Assembly (NCBI GenBank): GCA_963764745.1
Contig: CAVXTN010000006.1
Coordinates: 1,652,313 to 1,716,312, forward strand
DNA length: 64,000 nt
Direction of reading: 5' to 3'
From: Candidatus Aminicenantes bacterium
GTDB taxonomy: Bacteria; Acidobacteriota; Aminicenantia; UBA2199
The position numbers and the translations under genes are program-made. Within the stretch, counting starts at the first letter, position 1. Each line of letters begins with the position of its first letter. Below the pieces are notes generated by a model. The model did no database searches. It was not told the origin of the DNA and saw only the letters and a list, made by a program, of their open reading frames with translations. This document shows positions 49,321 to 60,685 of this stretch, piece by piece.

Positions 49321-49375
49321 ACGCGTTTTCTAGGGACGGATGTGTGCGCCTGGCGCGCATATCCGTCCCCAAAAG
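49321..49375. repeat. Palindromic intergenic repeat, family A copy 3
   Basis: ACGCGTTTTCTAGGGACGGATGTGTGCGCC-TG-GCGCGCATATCCGTCCCCAAAAG. Just downstream of the pmbA stop (49407). Confidence 0.8.
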
Positions 49376-49406
49376 ATCGACGGCGAAGGGAGGCGGCAGG
49401 CGAGGG

Positions 49407-50748
49407 TCAGGTGCCGGAGACGGAGATGTCGCGCAGCACCAGGCTCACGCCGGCGGCGCTCATGGGCAGCCACTCGACGTCGTTGCCCACGGCCACCACG
49501 TCCTTGAGCATGCGCTGGAGCGTGGAGGCGATGGTGAACTCCCGCAGCGGCTGGCCGAGCACGCCGTCGACGATGCGCAGCCCCTCGGCGCCGGTGGAGA
49601 AGTCGCCACTGACCGGGTTGACGCCCGAGTGCAGGCCCGGCCACGGACGAGACCAGGATGCCGTCGCCCACCTCGGCCAGCAGCTCCGGCTGGGTCTTGG
49701 TGCCGGGCACCAGCGACACGGCCCGGCAGCCGACGCCCGGGGTGCTCTTGAAGCCACGGACGGCGGAGCCGGTGGAGACGGTGCCCGACCGGCGGGCGGT
49801 GTAGGCGTTGTGCGCGAACTTCTGCAGGACGCCGCTGTCGACGAGGACGTTGCGGCGCGTGGCCAGGCCCTCGCCGTCGGTGTGCGAGGCGGTGTAGGCG
49901 AGCGGGTTGGTGGGGTCGTCGACGAGCGTGAGCACCGACGAGGCGATCTCGTCGCCCAGCCGGTCGGCGAAGAGGGAGCGGCCCTTGAGCACGGCCTCGC
50001 CGTTCATGGTGCCGGCGAGGATCCCGATGAGCTGGGCCGTGACGTAGGGATCGAGGACCACGGTCATGCGGCCGCCCGCGGGCTTGACGGCGCCGAGCAG
50101 GCGGGTGGCGCGCTGGGCCGCGTCGGACGCGGCCGCGTCGACGTCGAGCTCGGACGGCTCACGGCCGACCGAGAACCCGAAGCCGGTCTTGGTGTCGCCG
50201 TCGGCGGTGGCGAGCGGGTAGGCGCCCACGTAGCAGGCGGAGTCGCGCCCGGTGGCCCGGATGCCGGTGGTGGTGACCACCACGCCCTCGCTCACGCCGT
50301 CGGCGTACTCGGCCGCCTCGATGCCGCTGATGCGCGGGTCGGCCGCACGGACGGCCCGCTCGAGGTCGAGGGCCAGCGCCACCTTGCGGTCGGTGGGGAC
50401 GTCGAACAGGCCCGGTCGGTACAGGTCGAGGTCGGGCACCGGCACGCCGTCGGGCTCGGCCAGGCCGAGGAACTCGTCGGGGGTGCCGAAGCCGGCGTTG
50501 TCGCGGGCCTCGTCGAGGACCTCGTGCAGCACGTCGGGGTCGAGGCTGCCGGCGTAGGCGAAGCCCTGCCGCCCGTCGGCGATGACGCGCACGCCGAGGC
50601 CCTGCGACTCGGCCGACGACAGCGACTCGATGTCGCCCTCGTAGACCCGGATCTCGGTGGAGCGGCTCTTGCCGACGACCACCTCGACCTGCTCGCCGTC
50701 GTGCGCCCAGCCGATGACCCGATCGGCGATCGCCAGCAGCTCGTCCAT
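49407..50748 (-). CDS. pmbA: Metalloprotease PmbA/TldE. Frameshifted near 49760.
   Basis: MDELLAIADRVIGWAHDGEQVEVVVGKSRSTEIRVYEGDIESL... The C-terminus ...VAGLHSGVNPVSGDFSTGAEGLRIVDGV... is in ORF 49407..49757. Confidence 0.75.
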
Positions 50749-50764
50749 GGTTCGCGCTTCGCGC

Positions 50765-52223
50765 TCATGCCGCGGACCCGCCGATGGTGAGCTTCGACAC
50801 CCGCAGCGTGGGGACGCCGTCGCCGACGGGCACGCCCTGGCCGTCCTTGCCGCACGTCCCGGGCGGACCGAACTCGAAGTCGTTGCCCACGGCCTCGATG
50901 TTCTGGAGCACCTCGGGGCCGTTGCCGATGAGGTTGCCCTCGCGGAGCGGCTCGGTGATCTCGCCGTTCTCGATGAGGTACGCCTCGGTCATGCCGAAGA
51001 CGAAGTCGCCGGTGGCGGTGTTGACCTGGCCGCCGCCGAGCTTGGCCACGTAGACGCCGTGCTCGGTGCCCGACACGATCGAGGCCGGGTCGTCGGGGCC
51101 GTCGAGGATGAAGGTGTTGGTCATGCGCACCATGGGCAGGTGCTGGTAGCTCTGACGGCGGCCGTTGCCCGAGCGGGGCCGGCCCTCCTTGCGCGAGCGG
51201 AGGAAGTCCCACATGTAGTCGGTGAGGATGCCGTCCTGGATCAGCACGTTGCGCTGGGCCGGGGTGCCCTCGTCGTCGCAGCCGAACGCGCCCCACTCGG
51301 TGGCGACGGTGCCGTCGTCGACGAGCGTGACGAGCGGCGACGCGACCTGCTCACCGCGGCGGTCCTTGAACACCGAGGCGCCCTTGGCGATGAGGTCGGC
51401 CTCGAGGCCGTGGCCGCACGCCTCGTGGAACAGCACGCCACCGCCGCCCGGCCCGATGACGACGGGCAGCTCGCCGGTGGGCGCCGGTCGCGCCGCGAGC
51501 TTGGTGAGCGCCCGCTCGGCGGCGGCGCGTGCCAGCTCCTCGACGTCGTAGCGGTCGAACAGCTCGAAGCCGATGGTGTGGCCGATGCTCTCGCGGCCCG
51601 TCTGCATGCCCGTGTCGCCCAGGGCCACGGCACCGACGGTGAACAGCGTGCGCACCTGGTCGTCGCCGGTGAGGAGGCCGTCGGAGTTGGCGATGAGGAT
51701 GCGGCGGCGGCTGTCGGCGTAGCTGGCCGACACCTGCCGGATGTCGCCACCGGCCGCGCGGGCGGCGCCGTCGGCCCGCTGCAGCAGCTCCACCTTGGTG
51801 GCCTTCGCCGACGTCGGACGGCTGGATCTGCGCCGGGCTCGGGTGGCGCACCTCGGTGCGGGTGAGGGCCACCGTGCGGGTGCCGCCCCCGCCTTCGCGG
51901 GCTGCGGCGGCCGCGGCCTCGGCGGCGACGAGCAGGCCGGTCTCGGACAGGTCGGCGGTGTGGGCGAAGCCCGTGGTCTCGCCCACGACCACCCGGATGC
52001 CGGCGCCGCGATCGCGGCCCGACGACAGCTCCTCGATCTTGCCGTCGTCGAGGTAGGCCGACGACGAGCGCTTGTCCTCGGCGAAGACCTCGGCGAAGTC
52101 ACCCCCGGTGCGCAGCGCGGCGGTCAGGACCCGGGTGACGACGTCGTCGTCGATGAGGGCGGCAGCGGGCACAGGTGCCTCCAGAGGGGCGTTGTCGGCA
52201 GCCTCGATTCGGGGCCGCCGCAC
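50765..52223 (-). CDS. tldD: Metalloprotease TldD. At least two frameshifts.
   Basis: ...GVLFHEACGHGLEAD...GNGRRQSYQHLPMVRMTNTF...VCGKDGQGVPVG... are TldD signature motifs. N-terminal part in ORF 51351..52223. Confidence 0.8.
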
Positions 52224-52285
52224 GCGACCGCGCCCGGCGCACCACGACCCGTTCGCTCCCGGTCGACAGAGCGGCTTATCGTACC

Positions 52286-52666
52286 CCGATGCCCGTGGAA
52301 CCCGGCCTGTCCGCGTCGGCGACGCTCACCGTCACCGACCTCGACACGGCGCAGCACCTCGATGTCGGCGATGTGCCGGTCCTCGCCACGCCGCGGGTCA
52401 TCGCGCTGTGCGAGCAGGCCAGCGTGCGGGCCACGGAGGGCCGGCTCCCCGAGAGCCACACCACCGTCGGCACCGGCGTGCAGATCTCCCACGTGGCACC
52501 GTCGGGCGTCGGCGAGACGGTCACGGCCGAGGCCACGCTCGACAAGATCGACGGGCGCCGCCTCATGTTCACGGTCAGCGTGTCCGACAGCCATGGGCTC
52601 GTGGCTGCCGGCAAGGTCACCCGGGTGCTCGTCGACCGCGAGCGCTTCCTCGAGCGTGTGAGCTGA
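52286..52666 (+). CDS. Hotdog-fold thioesterase family protein
   Basis: MPVEPGLSASATLTVTDLDTAQHL...VLATPRVIALCEQASV...GTGVQISHVAPSGVGETVTAEATL... Confidence 0.6.
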   Translation, partial: PMPVEPGLSASATLTVTDLDTAQHLDVGDVPVLATPRVIALCEQASVRATEGRLPESHTTVGTGVQISHVAPSGVGETVTAEATLDKIDGRRLMFTVSVSDSHGLVAAGKVTRVLVDRERFLERVS

Positions 52667-52667
52667 G

Positions 52668-54393
52668 GTGTCCGTCCCCGCCTCCCCGAAGGTCGCAGCC
52701 CCCGGTCCCGACGGAGCACCCGCCACGACCGACGAGCCCACCACGCCCACCGAGCCGGAAGGGCCGGAGCAGGTCGGGCGCCGGGGCCGGTGGCTCGAGG
52801 CCCTCCCCGCGCTCGCCGCAACCGTGGTGCTGCTCGCCGCCGGCACGGCGCTGCTGGCCACCACGTGGCACCCCGTCGGCGACTACGCGATCGCCGAGAT
52901 CATCGTCCGCCACTCGTTCCCCCACCCGCCCCTCTTCGGGCCCTACTCGGGCACCCGGCCCTACCACCACCCGCTCCCGCTCGTCTACGCCCTGGTGTGG
53001 GCGCCGTACGAGCTCTTCGGCCAGCGGTCGTCGGCGCAGCTCGCCGCCACGGTGTGGTTCAACGCGGTGCTCATCGGCCTGCTCGTGTGGCTCACCGCCC
53101 GCCGGCGGGTGCTCGGCCTGGGCCTCCTCCTGCTCGCGGGCATCACGGTGTTCGCCCGAACCAACCAGCCCGGTCACCTGTCGGTCCCCTGGAACCCCTA
53201 CCTCGGCTTCGTGCCCGCCGTGGTCCTGGTGGTCGCGGTGTGGCAGACGACGCTCGGCCGGCGCTGGTACCTGCCGCTGGCCACCGGCCTGGCGACGTGG
53301 TGCGTGGGCGCGCACATCGGCTACGCCCCCACCGTCGTCGGCCTCGCGGCCGTCACCATCGTGGGTCTGCCGCTCGCCCTGGTGCGCCAGCACGGCCGCG
53401 CCGGGTGGCGCCTGCTCGGGTGGCCCCTCCTCGCCTCGCTCGGCGTGCTCCTGCTGATGGTGTCGCCGGCGCTGGCCGACCTCGCGCAGCACGGCTCGAC
53501 CAGCAACCCGTCGGCGATCTGGAGGTGGGTGCAGACCTCCAAGGACCCGATCATCCCCCGCCACACCGCGTGGCAGGCGATCTTCGGCGACCTGTCCCTC
53601 CGGTCCACGTGGGCCACCGGCCACCGCCCGTACGCCGTGTTCGGCCGGCTCCCCGACACCCCGGTCCCGCTCCTCCTCGTGCCGCTCGTGCTGGCCTTCG
53701 CGTTCGCCGCGTGGCGCCGCGCGGGCGACGAGCTCGCGGCGCTCGTCACGGTGTCCGTCGCGGTGCTCACCACCGCCATCGGCATCCTGAACCTCCAGTC
53801 CGACCACCTCGTCGACTGGTACCTGCTCCCGATGCACGCCATGGGGGTGAGCCTGGCGGGCATCGTCGTGTGGTCGCTGTGCCGCAGCGCGTGGCACGTC
53901 ATCGGCCCGCACGTGTCGCTGACCGAGCCGCGTCGCCGGCTCCTGCGCACGGCGGGCGCCACCGTGGTCGCCGCCGCGCTCGCGCTGCTCATCGTGCCCA
54001 CGCTCCACGAGCAGAAGGTCACGGCCGACATGGCGGCCGCGCCCGCCTCGCTGGTGGCCTCCGTCGAGCGGGTGGTCCCCAAGAGCCACACCATCGTCCT
54101 CGAGTCGCCGTACCTGTACGACGGCTACCACCCCGAGGCCCTGGCCCTCGACCTCGACCGCGCCGGGTACACCGTGCGCTACCTGCCGCGCGACGCCAAC
54201 CTCTTCGGGAAGGGCCTCACCATCATCCCCAAGGGCCGGCCGGTCACCTACCTCTACACGAAGCTCTCGAGGCAGGCCGACTACAGCCCGGCGCCCGGCG
54301 CCCGCCGCATCGGCCAGACGGCTCCCGGTCCCCGCGGTGCTCGTGCCGGGGCTGGCGCCGATGGTGGTGTGGCTGATGCCGGGTCCCCCCTAG
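52668..54393 (+). CDS. Large polytopic membrane protein (~570 aa, possible GT-C-type glycosyl/mannosyltransferase-like). The C-terminal boundary is uncertain.
   Basis: GTG start overlaps the thioesterase stop (GTGA). 12 or more predicted TM helices. A CCCCCC run at ~54383 precedes an out-of-frame TAG, so the read-through to 55538 is probably an artefact. Confidence 0.5.
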
Positions 54394-55259
54394 GCCAGTC
54401 GGGGTCGGACCTCGTCGAGGAAGTCGTGCACGGCCTCCCACCAGGCCTCGGGGTTCTCGAACTGCGGGCTGTGCCCGGCATCGGGGATCTCGACCCGGCG
54501 GGCGTCGGGGATGGTCGTGGCCATGCGGTGCGACGCGGCCACGAACGGCCGGTCGAGCTCGCCGACGAGCACCAGCACCGGGATCTCGATCGTGGCGAGG
54601 GCCGGCAGCTGGTCGGACTGGGTGGCGGTGATCTCGATGGCGAGCGAGGCGTACATGGCCGGCGAGGCGCCGAGCAGCTTGCGGTCGCCGAACTCCGCGT
54701 AGCCCGGACGCTCGGCGATCAGGCGGCGGTGCGCCGGGGTGCTGAGGGCGTCGTCGGCCCGCTCGGCCTGGAGCCGGGCCAGCTCCGCCATGCCCCGCTC
54801 GCGGACGATGTGGGCCGCGGCCTGCGCCATCGCGGGGTCGAGCGCGGCGGGGGCCCGGTGGTGCGTGTCCATGAGGACGACGGCCACGAACCGGTCGGGG
54901 TGGCGGAGCACCAGCCGCTGGGCGATCATCCCGCCCATCGAGTGGCCCAGCAGCACGCAGCGGTCCCACCCGAGGACGTCGAGCAGGGCCAGCACGTCGG
55001 CCACGAAGATGTCGATGGAGTAGTCGGCCTCGTCGGCTGGCGAGTCGCTGGTGCCGTGGCCCCGGTGGTCGGGGGCGACGACGTGCCACCCGTCGGCCGC
55101 GAGTGGCCCGACGAAGTCGGCGAAGTCCTCCTTGGCCCCGGTGAAGCCGTGGAGGAGCAGCAACGGGAGCCCGCCCTCGCCCGCCTCCAGCACGCTCAGG
55201 CGGACCGGCTCGAGCCGGATGTCGCGCTCCTGCACGGTGGGGGCGTCGTCGGGCATGGC
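54391..55259 (-). CDS. Alpha/beta fold hydrolase
   Basis: ...LLLLHGFTGAKEDF...VLLGHSMGGMIAQ...DAGHSPQFENPEAW... 289 aa, intact. Confidence 0.8.
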
Positions 55260-55270
55260 TGCTCCTCGGT

Positions 55271-56181
55271 TCAGTTGGCGGGCGCCCCGGGCAGCGACGA
55301 GCCGGACCCGAGGCTCTTCATGAGGGCTGTGAGGGGTCGAAGGTCTGGACCTGGTCGGCGGGCGGGCGCGGTGATGGTGACGGGCCCGCCGAGGTCGGTG
55401 AAGTCGATGGTCAGGCGACGCCGACGCCGGTCGCGCGACGAGCCCGAGTCCGCCAGACCCTGCAGGCGCCGTGATCGAGAGTCTGCTGACGCACGAGCAG
55501 GCCCTGCCCGTCGACCCAGACGTCGACGGGCATCGTGATCGAGCCGACGAGCCCGCGTGTCCGCGCCCGGCCGCCCTTGGCGAGACCTTCGACGGGTCGA
55601 CCGTGCCGTGGTAGTGGGTGGTGTCGACGCCGTCGATGGTCTCGTGGCCCACCACCGTGAGGTCGCCGGTGACCGACCTGCAGCTCGTCGAGCATCTGCT
55701 GGGGTCCATCGGCCGCGTCGCGAGCTGTCCGAGCTCGGGAGGCGGGCGCACCGATGGCCATCCAGGGCTTGTCGGTGGTCGACCCGAGCCCGCGGGCAGC
55801 TTCAGGTACATCTTCCCGTCGACGACGACCATCTCGGCTCGTGGCCCCCAGGGACCCGAGGCCGGCACGTCCAGTCTGCGTGGCCCCGGCGTCGAGGTCG
55901 TAGGCGCCCGTCGCGGTGATGCTAGTCGTTGCCCGGCTGACCCGATCCCGAGGTGGTGATCTTGAAGCGGCCGGTGCGCAGGCCGACGTGGCGGCGGCCG
56001 CCTGCTTCGCGAACGAGGCTTGGACCACCTGGCCCGATGCCGCCTGTTGCGCGTGCCCGCCCGTGGTGCCCACCGTGCGCGTGCTGTCGACGCGCACCCC
56101 GCACGAGGCGGTGAGCCCCATGGCGACGAGACCCGCCGCTGCCGCCCATCGACGGGGATGAACCGTCCGCTGCCCGATCAT
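55271..56181 (-). CDS. Putative lipoprotein. At least three frameshifts; boundaries approximate.
   Basis: MIGQRTVHPRRWAAAAGLVAMGLTASCG gives a signal peptide plus lipobox. Further plausible fragments are in other frames (...MVVVDGKMYLKLPAGSG..., ...GDLTVVGHETIDGVDTTHYHGTVDPSKV...). Confidence 0.4.
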
Positions 56182-56293
56182 GACGCTGCCCTCCAGGTCG
56201 CGGCCCCTCCGCGCCGTGTCAGCGTAGGTCACGCCGGGCCCGGGCAACCCGGCGCGCGGCACTTCCGGCGGTAGGATCGTCGGCCGACCCTGC

Positions 56294-57418
56294 TTGCCTG
56301 GAGAGGTGATGGCCGCGAGGAAGACGCTGACGCTGGTGGCACGCATCACCGTCAGCGCGGCCATGCTCGGGTACCTCGCCTACAAGATCAACTCCACGAG
56401 CCACCCCCACGGCGGTGGCTCGCAGCAGCCCATCCTCCCGACCTGGTCAGCGCACACCGCGTCGTGGCTGGCGCTGGCCCTGGCCATCACGTTCTTCGGC
56501 ACCATCGTGTGCTCGTTCCGTTGGCGCGCGGTGCTGCAGGGGCTCGAGGTCACGCCACTGCCGCCCTCCAAGCGGCTGGTCGAGCACTACCTGGCCGGGC
56601 ACTTCGTCGGCAACGTGCTGCCGTCCACCGTCGGGGGCGACGTGCTGCGGGTGTCGCGCCTCAGCAAGGACACCAACGAGGGCCCGATCAGCTTCGCCTC
56701 GGTCGTGCTCGAGCGCCTCACCGGGTGGCTCGTGCTGCCCGTGCTCATCCTCGTCGGCTTCGCCATCAACCGCGGCCTGCTGAAGCTCGGCCGGGCCACG
56801 CACGTGGCCCTGGTCATCGCCGCCATCACCCTCGTCATGCTGGTGGTGGTGCTGCTGGCCCTGAGCAGCCGCCACCTCGGCGGGCGCCTCGGCCACACCC
56901 AGGGCTGGCGCCGCTTCGCCGCCGCCGTGCACCTCGCCACCGCGCACCTGCGGCACCATCCGGTGCGGGCGCTCACCATCATCGGGTGGGGCTTCGCCTA
57001 CCAGGTGACCATGGTGCTCGCCGCCTACTGCGCCGCCCGCACCCTGGGCGTGAGTGCCGTCGGGCCCACCGCGCTGCTCACCTTCTACCCCGCCGTGCTC
57101 ATCGTCCAGGTGCTGCCCATCAGCATCGCGGGCTTCGGCATCCGCGAGGGTCTGTTCGTGCTCTTCCTGCACCCGCTCGGCGTCCCCGACGGCAAGGCCG
57201 TCGCGCTGGGCATCCTCATCTACCTCCTGGCGCTCGTCGTGAGCCTGTTCGGGGCACCGGCGTTCGCGTTCGGCAACCGCCGCGACGCCGACGCCGCGCA
57301 GGCCGCCGATGCCGACACCGACGGGCAGCAGCCGGCCGAGGCAGAGACGTTCACCGACCACCCCACGGGCGCGGAGGCGCGCGGCGGGCGCGGCGCCCGA
57401 CCCGCGGCGGCGCGATGA
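56294..57418 (+). CDS. Lysylphosphatidylglycerol-synthase transmembrane-domain protein (MprF flippase-like TM domain, UPF0104). No aminoacyl-transferase domain.
   Basis: 8 TM helices with ...HYLAGHFVGNVLPSTVGGDVLRVSRL... as the signature. 374 aa, intact. Confidence 0.7.
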   Translation: MPGEVMAARKTLTLVARITVSAAMLGYLAYKINSTSHPHGGGSQQPILPTWSAHTASWLALALAITFFGTIVCSFRWRAVLQGLEVTPLPPSKRLVEHYLAGHFVGNVLPSTVGGDVLRVSRLSKDTNEGPISFASVVLERLTGWLVLPVLILVGFAINRGLLKLGRATHVALVIAAITLVMLVVVLLALSSRHLGGRLGHTQGWRRFAAAVHLATAHLRHHPVRALTIIGWGFAYQVTMVLAAYCAARTLGVSAVGPTALLTFYPAVLIVQVLPISIAGFGIREGLFVLFLHPLGVPDGKAVALGILIYLLALVVSLFGAPAFAFGNRRDADAAQAADADTDGQQPAEAETFTDHPTGAEARGGRGARPAAAR

Positions 57419-58439
57419 CCGACCAGCGCACCGGGGTCGACGTCACCGACGACGGGCCCGACGACCCGAGCGTCACCTCCCCCGAGCTCGACGTCGACCC
57501 CACGCTCGAGGTCGACCTCGACGCCGCCACCGACACCGACACCGGGCCGGAGCTGGTCGCCCATGCCGGCACGCCCGAGCAGGTCGCCACGGCACGCCGG
57601 CGGCTCCGCTGGTGGCGCGAGCTGGTCTACATCGGCGGCCTCTACGCCCTCTACTCGTTCGTGCGCAACACCTTCGGCTCGAACGGGAGCGCCCACGGCA
57701 TCAACGTGAGCCCGCTGGCGGTGGCCCACGCCTACGGCCACGCCAAGGACGTGATCTGGTTCGAGCGGTCCCTCGGCCTGTTCGTCGAGCCCCGCCTGCA
57801 GCGCTGGTACCTGAGCCTCCCCCACCACGGCTTCATCCGCTTCTGGAACATCTACTACGGCACGTTCCACTTCGTCGTGCCGATCATCGCCCTGGTGTGG
57901 CTCTTCCGGCACGACCCGGTCCACTACGCCAAGTGGCGCAACACCGTGGCCATCACCACCGCCCTCGCGCTCATCGGCTTCGCCGGCTACTCGCTCATGC
58001 CGCCACGCCTGCTCGACTCCACCATGGTCTACGGGGCCTGCAACACGCGCTACGGCCTCACCTGCCACCACTACGGCTTCGTCGACACGCTGGTGCGCTA
58101 CGGCGGGCTGTGGAACTTCGACTCGGGCACGGTCGCCAACGTCTCCAACCAGTACGCCGCCATGCCGAGCCTGCACATCGGGTGGTCCACCTGGTGCGCG
58201 CTCGTGCTGGTGCCCCGATCGTGCGCCACACCTGGTCGAAGGTGCTCGTCGCCCTCTACCCCGTGGCCACCCTCTTCTGCATCCTCGTCACCGGCAACCA
58301 CTACTGGGTCGACGCGGTGGCGGGCCTCCTCTTCCTCGCCGTGGGCTACCTGCTGGGCTCGATGCTCGCCAAGGCCACGTCGCGCTGGAGCGACCGGCGC
58401 GACGCCGCAGCGCGCCGCCGCCCAGCCCGTCGGCTCTGA
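57414..58439 (+). CDS. PAP2 superfamily membrane phosphatase. Frameshifted near 58215.
   Basis: ATG overlaps the upstream stop (ATGA). ...SLMPPRLLD... ...SLHIGWSTW... ...HYWVDAVAGLLF... form the PAP2 motif. The tail is in frame with ORF 57309..58439. Confidence 0.7.
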   Translation, partial: DDRPAHRGRRHRRRARRPERHLPRARRRPHARGRPRRRHRHRHRAGAGRPCRHARAGRHGTPAAPLVARAGLHRRPLRPLLVRAQHLRLERERPRHQREPAGGGPRLRPRQGRDLVRAVPRPVRRAPPAALVPEPPPPRLHPLLEHLLRHVPLRRADHRPGVALPARPGPLRQVAQHRGHHHRPRAHRLRRLLAHAATPARLHHGLRGLQHALRPHLPPLRLRRHAGALRRAVELRLGHGRQRLQPVRRHAEPAHRVVHLVRARAGAPIVRHTWSKVLVALYPVATLFCILVTGNHYWVDAVAGLLFLAVGYLLGSMLAKATSRWSDRRDAAARRRPARRL

Positions 58440-59240
58440 TCAGGCGGGCAGCGCCCGCAGCAGCGTCACCTTGTCGGGGATGCCCTTGAGGCGGACCTGC
58501 TTGGCCCTGCCCCAGGTGACGCCCCGCAGGTCGCCGACCGCGTCGTGCACGTCGGCGGTGACCAGCACCACGCCGCCCCCGGCCTCCTCGGTGACGCGGG
58601 CGGCCACGTTCACCACGTGGCCCACGACGTCGTCGACGGTCACGACCGCCTCGCCCGAGTGCACCCCGGCGCGGAGGCGCAGCGGGTCGGGTGCGGTGTC
58701 GAGCAGCTCGACCGCCGCGAGCACCGCGGCCTCGGGCTCGGGGAACGACAGCATCAGGCCGTCGCCGAGGCGCTTGACCACCCGGCCGCCGCGGCTGCGC
58801 ACCACGGGACCGATGGCGCGGTGGTGGTCGTGGAGCAGGGCGATGGCGGCGTCGTCGCCCTCCTTCGAGGTGTAGGCGGTGAAGCCCTCGAGGTCGGTGA
58901 ACACCACCGTGACGGGCTGGCTGGTGCCCAGGCCCTCCTCGCCGGCGTGGAACGCCAGCACCTGCAAGGTGTTGAGCCCCACCGTGCCGATGAGCGACGG
59001 GCGCTGCTCGACGGAGCGCTCGAGGAAGCGCTGCACCACCTCGAACGGGGTGGCGGTGCTGACGCGACGGTCGGTGGGGTCGTCGAGCCAGCGCTGGTCG
59101 ATGAGCCCCACCTCGACCGCGTTCGCCGCACGCTCGGGGTCGCGACGGATGATCTCGGCCAGCTTCTCCGACAGGGAGCGGCGGAACGTGGCGACGGCAC
59201 CCGCCCCGACGTCGCGTGGGCTCCGCGGGGGGACGGGCAT
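58440..59240 (-). CDS. Class III adenylate/guanylate cyclase domain protein
   Basis: ...[16 protein letters not shown]...[16 protein letters not shown]...[10 protein letters not shown]... Confidence 0.75.
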   Translation of the reverse strand: MPVPPRSPRDVGAGAVATFRRSLSEKLAEIIRRDPERAANAVEVGLIDQRWLDDPTDRRVSTATPFEVVQRFLERSVEQRPSLIGTVGLNTLQVLAFHAGEEGLGTSQPVTVVFTDLEGFTAYTSKEGDDAAIALLHDHHRAIGPVVRSRGGRVVKRLGDGLMLSFPEPEAAVLAAVELLDTAPDPLRLRAGVHSGEAVVTVDDVVGHVVNVAARVTEEAGGGVVLVTADVHDAVGDLRGVTWGRAKQVRLKGIPDKVTLLRALPA

Positions 59241-59293
59241 GGGCGCCAACGTACCGGCCCGCCAGGTCCCCACTCGTCGGATCGCGCCAGGCC

Positions 59294-60576
59294 CGGGTAC
59301 AACCTGGGGATGGAGACCGCCGTCAGCATCGGGGTGCTGGCGGCGCTGCTCTACCTGATCACCCGACCGCCGAGGCCGTGGCCAGAGTGGGTGTGGGCCG
59401 TCCCGGCGGCGGCCCTGGTGCTGGTGACCGGTCTCGAGCCGTGGTCGGCCGCGTGGCAGCAGGTGCCGCGCTGTGGCCGACGCTGGCGTTCCTGGCGGCC
59501 ATCTTCGTGGTGGCCGAGGGCGCCGACGCCGCGGGGCTGTTCGACGCCGCGGGCTCGCTGCTCGGGCGCGGCCGCCTCCAGGGCCACGCGGGACAGCGGC
59601 GCACGGTCGTCGCCGTGGCGGTGCTGGCGGTGGTCATCACGTCGGTCCTGAGCCTCGACGCCACGGTGGTGCTGTTCACCCCCGTGGTCGTGCGGGCGGT
59701 GCACGGACGCGGCCGGCCGACGGTCGACGCGGCGCTGCTCGCCACCGTCTTCCTGGCCAACGGCGCGTCGCTGCTGTCGCCGGTCGCCAACCTCACCAAC
59801 CTGCTGGTCATCCACCAGAGCGGCCTCTCGTACGCAGGGTTCTCGGCGCGGCTGGCCCTGCCGTGCCTCGTGGCGGGTGCCCTCATCACCTGGGTGCTGC
59901 TCGCAGGGAACCGGGAGGCGACCGACCCGGTGCCGGCGGTGGCGGTCGGGCCGCCCGAGGCCCCCCAGCGGACCGTGGACGCCCTCGGCTGGTTCGTCGT
60001 GGCGGTGATCGCGGTGCTCGTAGTGGCGTTCTTCGTCGGGTCGGGCCTGGGCATCGCCCCGGCCTGGCCGGCCTGGATCGGCGCCCTGGTGATCTCCGTC
60101 GCGGTCGTCGCCTCGGAGCGCGACACGCCGGTGCGCCTCGCCCGGGCCGCAGCGCCGGGGTTCCTGGTGTTCGTGCTCTGCCTCGCCGTCGTCGTCGGCG
60201 CGGCCGCCCGCCACGGCCTCGGGCACACCCTGGTCGACCACGTCCCGCACGGCTCGGGCCTGCTCGCGATGCTCGGCGTCGCGCTGCTCGCGGCCGTGCT
60301 GGCGAACCTGGTCAACAACCTCCCCGCCACGCTCCTGCTGCTCCCCACGCTGGCGGGCCGGCCGGTGTCGTTGCTCCTCGCCGCCCTGCTCGGCCTCAAC
60401 ATCGGCCCGAACCTCACCTACACCGGCTCGCTCGCCACGCTGCTCTGGCGCCGGCGGGTGCGAGAGGACGGGGTCGAGCCCGCGCTCGGGACGTTCCTGC
60501 GCAGCTCCTGGGTCTCCACCCCCTCGCGCTGGCCGCCGCGACCGTCACCCTGTGGCTCACCACGGGACGGCCCTGA
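59294..60576 (+). CDS. ArsB/NhaD-superfamily (SLC13/citrate-transporter-like) permease. At least two frameshifts.
   Basis: N-terminus [17 protein letters not shown]... in ORF 58545..59651. Core ...[18 protein letters not shown]...FTPVVV...[15 protein letters not shown]... in ORF 59216..62668. C-terminal TM helix in ORF 59473..60576. Confidence 0.6.
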
Positions 60577-60583
60577 CCACGCC

Positions 60584-60610
60584 GCCCGCGTGGACACGCG
60601 GCGCCTCAGC
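60584..60610 (+). terminator. Candidate intrinsic terminator hairpin after the permease gene
   Basis: GCCGCCCGCGTG-GA-CACGCGGCGCC forms a ~10-bp GC stem, 8 nt after the stop. Confidence 0.4.
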
Positions 60611-60685
60611 GGGTACCGTTGTGTTGCGGGCTCGAACTTCCCCGCGCCTCCTGTCGACGCGGCACCATTTCCTCGCAAGGAGCCA

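Noticed and set aside
52668-55538. C-terminal 380 aa of the 956-aa plus-strand ORF
   Set aside because: Beyond ~54393 it runs antisense through the well-supported alpha/beta hydrolase. A C6 homopolymer at ~54383 probably hides the true TAG stop.
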